Positions 17,506 through 25,354 of a stretch of DNA of 49,035 nucleotides are shown here, in pieces. Numbering within the stretch: position 1 is the first letter of the stretch; each line of letters starts with the position of its first letter. The notes under the pieces were generated by a model that had not been told where the DNA came from, ran no database searches, and saw only the letters and a list, made by a program, of their open reading frames with translations. This DNA is from Actinomycetota bacterium (GTDB lineage Bacteria; Actinomycetota; UBA4738; HRBIN12), in contig DATLPI010000121.1 of the NCBI GenBank assembly GCA_035535815.1, positions 1-49,035 on the forward strand, given 5' to 3'. Position numbers and translations under genes: made by a program.

Positions 17506-18738
17506 TCAGGCGCGGTCGTGCTTGGGCGACCGAGGACGTTCGAACCGACCGAAGATCGCCACCAACCCCACGAGGATCAGCGCCGACACGGCGATCCACA
17601 GCGGACGTTCCAGCCACCACCGCGGGGTGCTGTCGTGGTCGTGGCCGAACCCGAGCGGCCACAGCAGCAACACGGCCAGCAGGAACGCGGTCATGTGCCA
17701 CAAGAACAGCGTCATGATCACGCTGTTGACCGCGATCGTCGCGGCCCAGACGCGGGTTCGCTGCAGCCATCGGCCCAAAGCAGGCCGCAGCAGCATCGCG
17801 GCGCCGATCGACCAGATCCCACCCAGCAGGAAGCACAGCGTAGGGGGGTAGGCGTTCGAGACCCGTTCGACATCGGTGCCCAGCAGGCTCTTCGGGTAAT
17901 GCCCGATCCCGGGGAACCAATCGAAGCGTGCCTCGCCCGCCCAGCGGAACACGTCGGGCGTCGTCAACACCACGAGACCGACCAGACCCGCCACGAGCAT
18001 CGACCAGAACACGGCACGGGGCCAGCGCAGCATCGACCCGTCCCCGTAGCAGTAGCCCAGTTGGTGCGGGAGCAACAGGACGAACGCCACGTTGGCCCAC
18101 CGCACCAGCGGCTGGCCGAAGCCGAAGCCGACCACGTCGCAGACCACCGCGCCCGCCGCCATGGCGGCGGGCACCCACAGCCCGAACCGCCGGTGCAGCG
18201 CGATCGTCCAGGGCGCCAGCGCCACCACCGCCAGGTAGACCGCCAAGAACCACAGCGGGCCGAACGGCACCGTGGCTCCGGGTGGCAGGACCCCGCGAAG
18301 CAGCGTCGTCTGGCCCCACAGCGTCGGACCTGCCGGAGCCCCCGTGTCGGTGAGGTGCAGCGCGACCAGGACCACCGCCCACACCGTGAAGAACACCAGC
18401 GATGGCCGCAGCAACCGAGCCGCTCGCGATCGCACGAACTCGCCACCGGTTTCGCCGCGTTCGCGCATCGCGGTGTACGTGACGTAGTTCGAGAATCCGC
18501 CCACGAAGAAGAAGATCGGCATGACCTGCAGGAGCCAGGTGCCGACCCACAGGTAGGACGTGACGCCGACGGCGCTGGTGGTTTTGATGATCCCGCCCTC
18601 CCACCAGATGATGCCGATGAACCAGTGGCCGAAGACGACGGCCAGGATGCTGATCCCCCGCAGGAAGTCGACGACCCGGTCACGCGAGGCGGGGGTCCGT
18701 TCGACGAGGTCGCTCAGGGTGGTGGCCACTCGGATCAT
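17506..18738 (-). CDS. Acyltransferase family 3 (OafA/OatA-like) membrane protein
   Basis: From the ATG at 18738 the product reads MIRVATTL...RDRVVDFLRGISILAVVFGHWF, the classic acyltransferase_3 N-terminus. About 10 TM helices follow. Confidence 0.85.
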   Translation of the reverse strand: MIRVATTLSDLVERTPASRDRVVDFLRGISILAVVFGHWFIGIIWWEGGIIKTTSAVGVTSYLWVGTWLLQVMPIFFFVGGFSNYVTYTAMRERGETGGEFVRSRAARLLRPSLVFFTVWAVVLVALHLTDTGAPAGPTLWGQTTLLRGVLPPGATVPFGPLWFLAVYLAVVALAPWTIALHRRFGLWVPAAMAAGAVVCDVVGFGFGQPLVRWANVAFVLLLPHQLGYCYGDGSMLRWPRAVFWSMLVAGLVGLVVLTTPDVFRWAGEARFDWFPGIGHYPKSLLGTDVERVSNAYPPTLCFLLGGIWSIGAAMLLRPALGRWLQRTRVWAATIAVNSVIMTLFLWHMTAFLLAVLLLWPLGFGHDHDSTPRWWLERPLWIAVSALILVGLVAIFGRFERPRSPKHDRA

Positions 18739-18803
18739 CGTGGCGCACCACGGGGGTCGACTCCAGCGTCGCGGGTGAGCCGCCCGGCTGCGATACTGCC
18801 CCC

Positions 18804-19187
18804 ATGGCGAACGGACCCTGGCCCGAGGACGAGGTCGACACCGGCAGCGTGGGCGACCCCGACGGCGCAACCGGACGCGGTGGCCCACCCGATCGCTTCG
18901 ATGACGAGGCCGTCGACACGCCGGCCGGATCGAAGGGCGTGTCGCTCGCCATCGCCGGGGTCTCGGTCACGTTCCCCGTGCTGCTCCCCTGGCTGCTGGT
19001 CATCGGGATCTACGTCTTCCTGACGATCTATGCGCTGGTGAAGGCGATCGGCTCGGCGCCCGACGAGCCCAACGCGACGGTGGTCGTGATCGGCATCGTG
19101 GGGCTCGTGACCGGACTGCTGCTGGTCTTCGCCGCGGGCGTGAGTCTGCTCGGACGCGCGGCCAACCCCAAGAAGCGCCGCCGCTAG
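18804..19187 (+). CDS. Small membrane protein (2 TM), hypothetical
   Basis: The 127-aa ORF has strong G/C third-position bias, an acidic N-terminus, two TM helices and a KKRRR tail. Confidence 0.6.
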   Translation: MANGPWPEDEVDTGSVGDPDGATGRGGPPDRFDDEAVDTPAGSKGVSLAIAGVSVTFPVLLPWLLVIGIYVFLTIYALVKAIGSAPDEPNATVVVIGIVGLVTGLLLVFAAGVSLLGRAANPKKRRR

Positions 19188-20731
19188 GAAGCGTTCCCGA
19201 TCGGCGTCTCGCGATCCTGCGCGAGATCGCCGCCACGTCGCCAGCGAGCCACGAGGTCTCTCGCGGGTTCGACGGCCAGCACCAGCACGATCGGCGCCAA
19301 CACGTAGTTCGCCCATCTGGCCGTGAGCTGGAACGCGTCTGGGAACGTCACCGCATCGGCGGCGAACAGCGACGCCATCGCGAGAACCGACACGACGAGC
19401 ATCGTGCGACGAGCCACGCGCGGCAGCGCCCATGCGACCGGCAACCCCCACGCCACGTACCACGGCAGCAGCACCGGCCCGAACAGCATCACAGCCAGGA
19501 ACCCCCAGCCCCACGATGCCCCGGCATCCTCGGGTTGGACCGGTGCCCCGGGCGGTGCGCCACGTGCGACCCTCGCCGCCACGATCGCGATCACCACGAG
19601 GGCGCCGATCAGGACGCAGGCGAACACGATCCGGACGGCGTCGCTCGCGAGGTCCCCCGCCGAGGCCGAGACCGCGTCGCCGATTCGCTCGAACAGGATG
19701 CGCACCACCCGCGCCGGGGCGAGCCAGCCCTCGTGGTCGGCGAGCTGGGTCTGGCCCAGCGTGGGATCGCCGCCGCGCAGGAAGGGCAACGCGGTGACGA
19801 TCGCCAGACCGATCGCGGTGCCCAGGTGCAACGCGAGGGCGCGCCAGCGATCGGCGCCTCGCCGGCGCGCGACCACGACGACGATCCAGAGCACCAGCGC
19901 CACGCCGCACGTCGACTTGATCAGCGTGCCCAGCACGAGCATCACCGTCGCCGCCAGCTCACGACGCGAGACGACGAAGGCCATCGCCGCCGCGATCGAG
20001 AGCGCCACGAACGCATCGTTGTGCCCGCTCCCGGCGGTCTGGAACAGCACGGCGGGGTTGAGCGCGAACACGGCGACGGCGAACGCGGCGACCCCGGGGC
20101 GCACACGCAGACACGTGCGCGCGATCAGCGTCGCGGCACCCAACACCGAGAGCACGGCCAACGCCCGGAACGCGGCGACGACGGCCGCGGGACCTTCGAA
20201 CACACGGGTCAGCCCCACCGAGAGCATCGTGAACACCGGCCCGTACACGGAGGTGGTGGCTCGCCACTGACTCCCCACCAGCGGGAAGAACGGATCGGTG
20301 CTCACCTCGGCGGGCGTCACCACGTACGGGTTCGCGTGATGGAACGCGGCGATCCGTCCGTACAGCGCGTAGCTGTAGACGTCGCGCGAGTACAACAGCG
20401 GCATCGCCAGGACCACGACGCACCCGATCACGGCGAGCACGAACGTCGCACGCAGGGAGAGATCACCGCGCCACGCTGCCCGCGCCACGAGGGCGAACCC
20501 CGCCACGACGAGCGCGATCGCGAGGACGCTCGCCACCACTGCGGCAGGGTCGTCCGAGGCGATGCGCCCTCCGAACGCGGCGCGCATCAGGGCCGCAAGT
20601 GGGCCGGCCCCGGCATCACCGGTGGGCAGCGGCGGTTGGAGCGGCGAACCAGGGGCCGAGCCCACGAGAGCCATCGCCGCGACCCCCGCGAGCCAGGTCG
20701 CAACCGCCGCCCGTGCCGCCCGAGTTCCCAT
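19184..20731 (-). CDS. MptB/GT87-like mannosyltransferase (paralog 2)
   Basis: Motifs LLYSRDVYSYALYGR, VGSQWRATTSVYGPVFT and TAGSGHNDAFVAL are present. It aligns end to end with paralog 1 (roughly 40% identity by eye) and has a similar length (515 vs about 520 aa). Confidence 0.8.
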   Translation of the reverse strand: MGTRAARAAVATWLAGVAAMALVGSAPGSPLQPPLPTGDAGAGPLAALMRAAFGGRIASDDPAAVVASVLAIALVVAGFALVARAAWRGDLSLRATFVLAVIGCVVVLAMPLLYSRDVYSYALYGRIAAFHHANPYVVTPAEVSTDPFFPLVGSQWRATTSVYGPVFTMLSVGLTRVFEGPAAVVAAFRALAVLSVLGAATLIARTCLRVRPGVAAFAVAVFALNPAVLFQTAGSGHNDAFVALSIAAAMAFVVSRRELAATVMLVLGTLIKSTCGVALVLWIVVVVARRRGADRWRALALHLGTAIGLAIVTALPFLRGGDPTLGQTQLADHEGWLAPARVVRILFERIGDAVSASAGDLASDAVRIVFACVLIGALVVIAIVAARVARGAPPGAPVQPEDAGASWGWGFLAVMLFGPVLLPWYVAWGLPVAWALPRVARRTMLVVSVLAMASLFAADAVTFPDAFQLTARWANYVLAPIVLVLAVEPARDLVARWRRGGDLAQDRETPIGNAS

Positions 20732-20833
20732 CTTCGGCGACCGTAGCAGCAGGGTCTTTCGTCACGGCGCAAGGACCGCTGAGCGAAGCCATGATCCGCT
20801 CGGGGCGATCGGGCGCGCCGACGAACAGGTGAT

Positions 20834-20867
20834 ACGTACGTAGCGCTCAAGAACTAGCTACGTACGT
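20834..20867. promoter_or_regulatory. AT-rich perfect inverted repeat ACGTACGTAGC-N12-GCTACGTACGT
   Basis: Read directly from the sequence: 11-bp arms and a 12-nt spacer. It is the most AT-rich spot of the region, about 100-135 bp upstream of the GT87 paralog 2 start (minus strand). Confidence 0.4.
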
Positions 20868-21044
20868 GCCGATATGGGCGGCAAGAAGCACAGAAGCACG
20901 CCGGCGAACCGGTCACGGCAAGGGACACGGTCCGCACGGCGAGCACGGGAACCCGCTCGACGCCGTCCACGAGCACCCCCGCGGGGACGGCGGTCACGGG
21001 CACGGCGGGTCCCACATCGGCCACTCAGGCCGGGCAGGAGGAAC

Positions 21045-21077
21045 GGCGGCGGGCCCGTGCGGGCGTGGCCCGCCGCC
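21045..21077 (-). terminator. Stem-loop GGCGGCGGGCC-N11-GGCCCGCCGCC just downstream of rlmN
   Basis: An 11-bp perfect GC stem begins 6 nt after the rlmN stop (21083-21085). There is no U-tract, which is common in high-GC actinobacteria. Confidence 0.45.
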
Positions 21078-21082
21078 GAACC

Positions 21083-22147
21083 TCACACGGGGTGCAGCGT
21101 CAGTTCATCGTGATCGCGCCGGAGCTGACCGCACGCCGCATCGATCCTGCGGCCCCGCGTGTCGCGCACCGTGACGTTCACGCCTCCGGCCCGCAGCACC
21201 CGCACGAACCCATCGATCCGCGTGGTCGAGCTCGGCTGTGAGGGCCATCCGGGTGTTGGGTTGAGCGGGATCAGGTTCACGTGCGCTCCCAGCCGATGTG
21301 CGATGGGCGCCAGCTTGCCCGCCTGCTCATCGGTGTCGTTCACGTCGGCGATCATCGCCCACTCGATCGAGGGGCGGCGGTGGGTCCGGTCGCGCCAAGC
21401 GGCCATGGCCGCCTCGAGTCGCCCCAGCGGGTAGAGGCGGTTCGGCGGCACCAGGTCGTCGCGGAGCTCGTCGTCGGCGGCATGGAAGCTCACCGCCAAG
21501 CCCACCTGTGGGTGGTCCTGACCCAGCCGCTTGATCCCCGGGACGAGGCCCACGGTCGAGACCGTGATGTGCCGGGCGCCCATCCGGATGCCCGCGGGGT
21601 CGGTGATCCGATCGATCGAGCCGCGCACCGCTCGATAGTTCGCCATCGGTTCGCCCATCCCCATGAACACGACGTTGGAGAGGCGCTGCGGTGTGGTGTC
21701 GGGCAGCCGGGCCGCTTCGCGCCGCGCCCACACCACTTGCGCGGCGATCTCGCCTTCCGTGAGGTTGCTCTCCAGCCCCATCTGGCCCGTGGCGCAGAAG
21801 CCGCACCCCATGGCGCAGCCCGCCTGGGACGAGACGCACACCGTGACGCGGTCGCGGTAGCCCATGAGCACGACCTCGATCACGTGGCCCTTGTCGCCGA
21901 GCTTCAGCAGCGCCTTGCGTGTCGCGCCCTTGTCGGCGGCGCGCTCGTTCAGCAGTTCGACCTCGATCGGCAGTTCGGTGGCCAGCCGTTCGCGCAGGGG
22001 CGACGCGACGTCGGTCATCTCCTCGTAGGTCGCGCCGCGTTTCCAGAGCTGCGCGTAGACCTGCTTGGCTCGGAACGCGGGCTCACCCCACGCGGTGAGG
22101 CGAGCGGTGAGCTGATCGAGGGAGAGGTCGTAGACGTGCACGCTCAC
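21083..22147 (-). CDS. rlmN: 23S rRNA/tRNA (adenine-C2)-methyltransferase RlmN (radical SAM)
   Basis: ...LTAWGEPAFRAKQVYAQLW... and ...CVSSQAGCAMGCGFCATGQMG (CxxxCxxC) are RlmN signatures. The start is GTG at 22147 (or 22141). The 694-aa track ORF is an upstream extension across the divergent neighbour. Confidence 0.9.
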   Translation of the reverse strand: MSVHVYDLSLDQLTARLTAWGEPAFRAKQVYAQLWKRGATYEEMTDVASPLRERLATELPIEVELLNERAADKGATRKALLKLGDKGHVIEVVLMGYRDRVTVCVSSQAGCAMGCGFCATGQMGLESNLTEGEIAAQVVWARREAARLPDTTPQRLSNVVFMGMGEPMANYRAVRGSIDRITDPAGIRMGARHITVSTVGLVPGIKRLGQDHPQVGLAVSFHAADDELRDDLVPPNRLYPLGRLEAAMAAWRDRTHRRPSIEWAMIADVNDTDEQAGKLAPIAHRLGAHVNLIPLNPTPGWPSQPSSTTRIDGFVRVLRAGGVNVTVRDTRGRRIDAACGQLRRDHDELTLHPV

Positions 22148-22180
22148 GAGCCTACGCGGGCGGGCGCTAGGCTGGCCGCG

Positions 22181-23083
22181 ATGCTGCAGCGCGAGATCCC
22201 GACCGAGGGCCCGGTGGATCTGGCCCGCACGCTCTGCCCGCTCCGACGCGGTACCGGCGATCCCACCATGCGGATCGAACCGGGAGCGGTTTGGCGTGCC
22301 ACGCGCACCCCCGGCGGCCCCGCGACGATCCACCTGACGCTGTCGGCCACCACCGCCGCGCTCCACGCGGAAGCGTGGGGCAACGGCGCGGACTGGATCA
22401 TGGAACGCGCGCCCGGGCTGGCCGGGCTCGACGACGACACGAGCGCGTTCCATCCCCGCGATGACGTGATCCGCGAACTGCACCGGCGCATGCCCGGCGT
22501 CCACCTCACCCGGACCGACCGGCTGATCGAGGCCCTGATCCCCGCCGTCCTCGAGCAGAAGGTGGCGGGGGTCGAAGCGCGTCGTGTTTACCTCCGGCTG
22601 ACCCGTTCCCTCGCCGAACCGGCTCCTGGCCCAGCGGGCCTGCTCCTGCCGCCCGACCCCGCGAGGGTGGCGTCGCTCCCCTATCACGCGTTCCATCCGT
22701 TCGGCCTGGAACGGCGGCGCGCCGAGACGTTGCGCTTCGCCTGCGCGAAGGCTCCCGCGATCGAGGCGCTCGCCGAACGACCTCCCGCGGAAGCCCGGGA
22801 CTACCTCGGCCGGTTCCCTGGCATCGGCGTGTGGACCACCGCCGAGGTGGCGCGCCTCGCGCTCGCCGATGCCGACGCCGTGTCGGTCGGCGACTACCAC
22901 GTCCCCAACATGGTGGCCTGGGCCCTGGCCGGCGAACCTCGCGGCACCGACGAGCGCATGCTCGAGCTCCTGGAGCCCTATCGCGGACAACGCGGCCGCG
23001 TGCAGCTCTTGCTGGAAGCCGGAGGGATCACCGCTCCCCGCTACGGCCCGCGGATGCGCACGCGAGCCATCGAACGCCTCTAA
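22181..23083 (+). CDS. AlkA-like DNA-3-methyladenine glycosylase II (HhH-GPD family)
   Basis: From the ATG at 22181 the product is 300 aa. It contains ...LERRRAETLRFAC...L..FPGIGVWTAEVARLALADADAVSVGDYHV... (an HhH-GPD-like segment with the catalytic-position Asp). Confidence 0.7.
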   Translation: MLQREIPTEGPVDLARTLCPLRRGTGDPTMRIEPGAVWRATRTPGGPATIHLTLSATTAALHAEAWGNGADWIMERAPGLAGLDDDTSAFHPRDDVIRELHRRMPGVHLTRTDRLIEALIPAVLEQKVAGVEARRVYLRLTRSLAEPAPGPAGLLLPPDPARVASLPYHAFHPFGLERRRAETLRFACAKAPAIEALAERPPAEARDYLGRFPGIGVWTTAEVARLALADADAVSVGDYHVPNMVAWALAGEPRGTDERMLELLEPYRGQRGRVQLLLEAGGITAPRYGPRMRTRAIERL

Positions 23084-23124
23084 CCGGCACCGTGTGCCAA
23101 CGCCAAGCACGCTAGGGTTGGTCG

Positions 23125-23634
23125 ATGGATGCCGACAGCTTGCTCGCTTTCGTCCGGTTCCACGCATGGGCGAACGACCGCATCATGACGACCGCTGCCG
23201 GCCTGTCGGAGGAGGAATTCCGCAGGGCGGCGCTCCTCGATCACGGCACCGCGTTCCAGACGCTCCGCCACCTCGTCGACGTCGACTGGAGCTGGCGCGA
23301 GTTCTGCACCGGCAACGACATCGGTCAGACCTACGTCTGGGATCACGGGTTCGTCCTCGACGATCTGTCGGCGATCCACGGGTTCAGCCTGGAAGAGGAC
23401 GACCGCTTGCGGAGCTACGTGGAGTCCCTCGACGACGCCGGGCTGTCCGAACCGTTGAAGTTGAGCGAGGACCCGGACGACGTGGTTCCGCGGTGGTTGA
23501 TCCTCGCGCACGTCGTGAACCACGGAACGCAGCATCGCAGCGAGCTGGCTCGGTATCTCACCGAGTGCGGACATTCGCCGGGCGAGCTCGACCTCGTGGA
23601 CGCTCAACGACTGCCATGGCCGGTCGAACGCTAG
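23125..23634 (+). CDS. DinB-family (DUF664-like) four-helix-bundle protein
   Basis: ...FHAWANDRIM..., ...QTLRHLVDVDWSW... and ...HVVNHGTQHRSEL... give the typical DinB His triad spacing. Confidence 0.85.
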   Translation: MDADSLLAFVRFHAWANDRIMTTAAGLSEEEFRRAALLDHGTAFQTLRHLVDVDWSWREFCTGNDIGQTYVWDHGFVLDDLSAIHGFSLEEDDRLRSYVESLDDAGLSEPLKLSEDPDDVVPRWLILAHVVNHGTQHRSELARYLTECGHSPGELDLVDAQRLPWPVER

Positions 23635-24461
23635 GCCGCGACACGTTGGCCGGCGAACCCGCCATCGACGGCCTCCGGCCGGCGACCGAGACCGCCATCA
23701 CCGCCGTTCGGCGGGGGCTCGAGCTCGCTCGAAGTGGAGTGGGCGCTGACGAGATCACCTCCAAAGGTGGCCGCGATCTCGTGACGGCGACCGACAAGGC
23801 CGTCGAGGATGTGATCCGGGGCATCGTCGAGGGTGGCGCTCCCCATCCGGTCGTGGGTGAGGAGCGCGGGGGTGAGGCTCCTACGGACGGGTCACCGTAC
23901 TGGCTCCTGGACCCCATCTGCGGCACCCGCAACTTCGCGTCCGGGGTTCCCTTGTATTGCGTCAACCTGGCGCTGGTGGAGGACGACCAGATCAGCCTGG
24001 CTGCCGTCGGCGATGGATCGGTCGGTGAGATCCTGTTCGCCGAGCGTGGCCGTGGAGCGTGGGCGATCGGCCACGAAGGTGTGCGTGCGCTGAGCACCAG
24101 TGGGCAGAGCCAGACCATCATCGTGGAGTCGGGAACAGCGGCTGGCCCAAGCCGCGAACATGCCGCGCGGTTCGCACATGACGCCATCCGAGAGGATCGC
24201 TGGGACATCCGCAGCCTCAGCAGCACGCTGTCGTCGGTGTACGTCTCCGCCGGCCGGATGGCGGCGTATGTCCTGTTCTCAGGGGCGGCGCTCCACACGG
24301 GGGCAGGCACCCTGCTCGTTTCCGAGGGCGGAGGAACCGTCTCCGACATCGAGGGCGAACCCTGGACCGTCCGGTCGGACTCACTCGTGGCCAGCGCGAA
24401 CCCGGCCTTGCACGGAGAGCTCCTCGAGATGGTGCGATCGACCGCGAGGGATACCGGATGA
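23616..24461 (+). CDS. Inositol-monophosphatase-superfamily protein with divergent metal motifs
   Basis: ...VVGEERGGE...YWLLDPICGTRNF... shows the IMPase fold, but the canonical DPIDGT reads DPICGT and the C-terminal WD.AAG reads LHTGAG. The start at ATG 23616 overlaps the dinB-like end and is uncertain. Confidence 0.75.
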   Translation: MAGRTLGRDTLAGEPAIDGLRPATETAITAVRRGLELARSGVGADEITSKGGRDLVTATDKAVEDVIRGIVEGGAPHPVVGEERGGEAPTDGSPYWLLDPICGTRNFASGVPLYCVNLALVEDDQISLAAVGDGSVGEILFAERGRGAWAIGHEGVRALSTSGQSQTIIVESGTAAGPSREHAARFAHDAIREDRWDIRSLSSTLSSVYVSAGRMAAYVLFSGAALHTGAGTLLVSEGGGTVSDIEGEPWTVRSDSLVASANPALHGELLEMVRSTARDTG

Positions 24462-25354
24462 AGCACCGGATCCTCCTGGACGTCTCGAGCTTGACCTACC
24501 GGGCGTACTTCGCGATGAAGGACGCTGGCATCGTCTCGCCCGCCGGGGAGCCGATGGGGGCGGTGAGCGGTTACCTCGACATGGTGGCGCGCCTGCTCCG
24601 TTCTCGGCATCCCGACGAGATCGTGCACGCCTACGACCACGACTGGCGTCCGGTCGCCCGCACCCAGATCTATGCCGGCTACAAGTCGGAGCGTCCGCCC
24701 GAGCCGGAGGACCTCACGCGGCAGTTCGCGTTGTTGCGCGAGGTGCTCGACTTCACCGGGATGACCCAGGCGCACGCCCCGGACTGGGAGGCTGAGGACG
24801 CGATCGGCAGCCTGATCGTCGCCTCCGATCCCAACGATCGGAACGAGATCGTGAGCGGCGACCGCGATCTCCTGCAGCTCGTGCACGACCCCGACGTGAA
24901 GCTCCTCTACACGCTCCGAGGTGTCAGCGAGCTCCACGAGTTCGACGAAGCGGCCGTGCTGGAGAAGTACGGCGTCCCGGCCTCGCGCTACGCCGAGTTC
25001 GCGATCCTGCGGGGCGATCCTTCCGACGGCCTGCCCGGCGTGCTCGGTGTGGGCGAGAAGACGGCGCGCGCCCTCGTGCAGACCTATCCGGACATCGATC
25101 TGATGATCGCCGACGCCTCGAGCGCCACCCCCATACCCGGCCCGCTCAAAGGGAAACCGGCGCTGCGCGCGAAGCTGCGCGATGCCGCCGACTACCTCGC
25201 GTCGATGCGCGAGCTCGTTCCGATCAAGATCGACGCCGCGCTCGACGTCTGGACGGGAGACCGGTGGGACGAGGCGTTGAAGGGGCTGGCTGAGGAGCAG
25301 GGCTTCAAGGGCGCGGCCCAGCGACTGCTCGCCGCGCTCGACAGCTACCCGTAG
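24458..25354 (+). CDS. 5'-3' exonuclease (FEN/Pol I N-terminal-domain-like, with H3TH)
   Basis: MKHRILLDVSSLTYRAYFAM... and ...SGDRDLLQLV...ILRGDPSDGLPGVLGVGEKTA are characteristic. The ATG overlaps the upstream stop (ATGA). Confidence 0.85.
   Translation: MKHRILLDVSSLTYRAYFAMKDAGIVSPAGEPMGAVSGYLDMVARLLRSRHPDEIVHAYDHDWRPVARTQIYAGYKSERPPEPEDLTRQFALLREVLDFTGMTQAHAPDWEAEDAIGSLIVASDPNDRNEIVSGDRDLLQLVHDPDVKLLYTLRGVSELHEFDEAAVLEKYGVPASRYAEFAILRGDPSDGLPGVLGVGEKTARALVQTYPDIDLMIADASSATPIPGPLKGKPALRAKLRDAADYLASMRELVPIKIDAALDVWTGDRWDEALKGLAEEQGFKGAAQRLLAALDSYP

Noticed and set aside
15875-18604. 909-aa minus-strand ORF read as a single gene
   Set aside because: Its N-terminal roughly 390 aa are Arg/Gly-rich. 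They overlap, in another frame, the well-supported acyltransferase-3 gene (17506-18738). The GT87-like homology starts after the in-frame GTG at 17437, and that start gives a length matching paralog 2.
21083-23167. 694-aa (-) and 600-aa (+, 21281-23083) ORFs
   Set aside because: Each is a real gene (rlmN or the AlkA-like gene) plus a long non-coding-looking N-terminal extension running antisense through the other. I trimmed them to GTG 22147 and ATG 22181.
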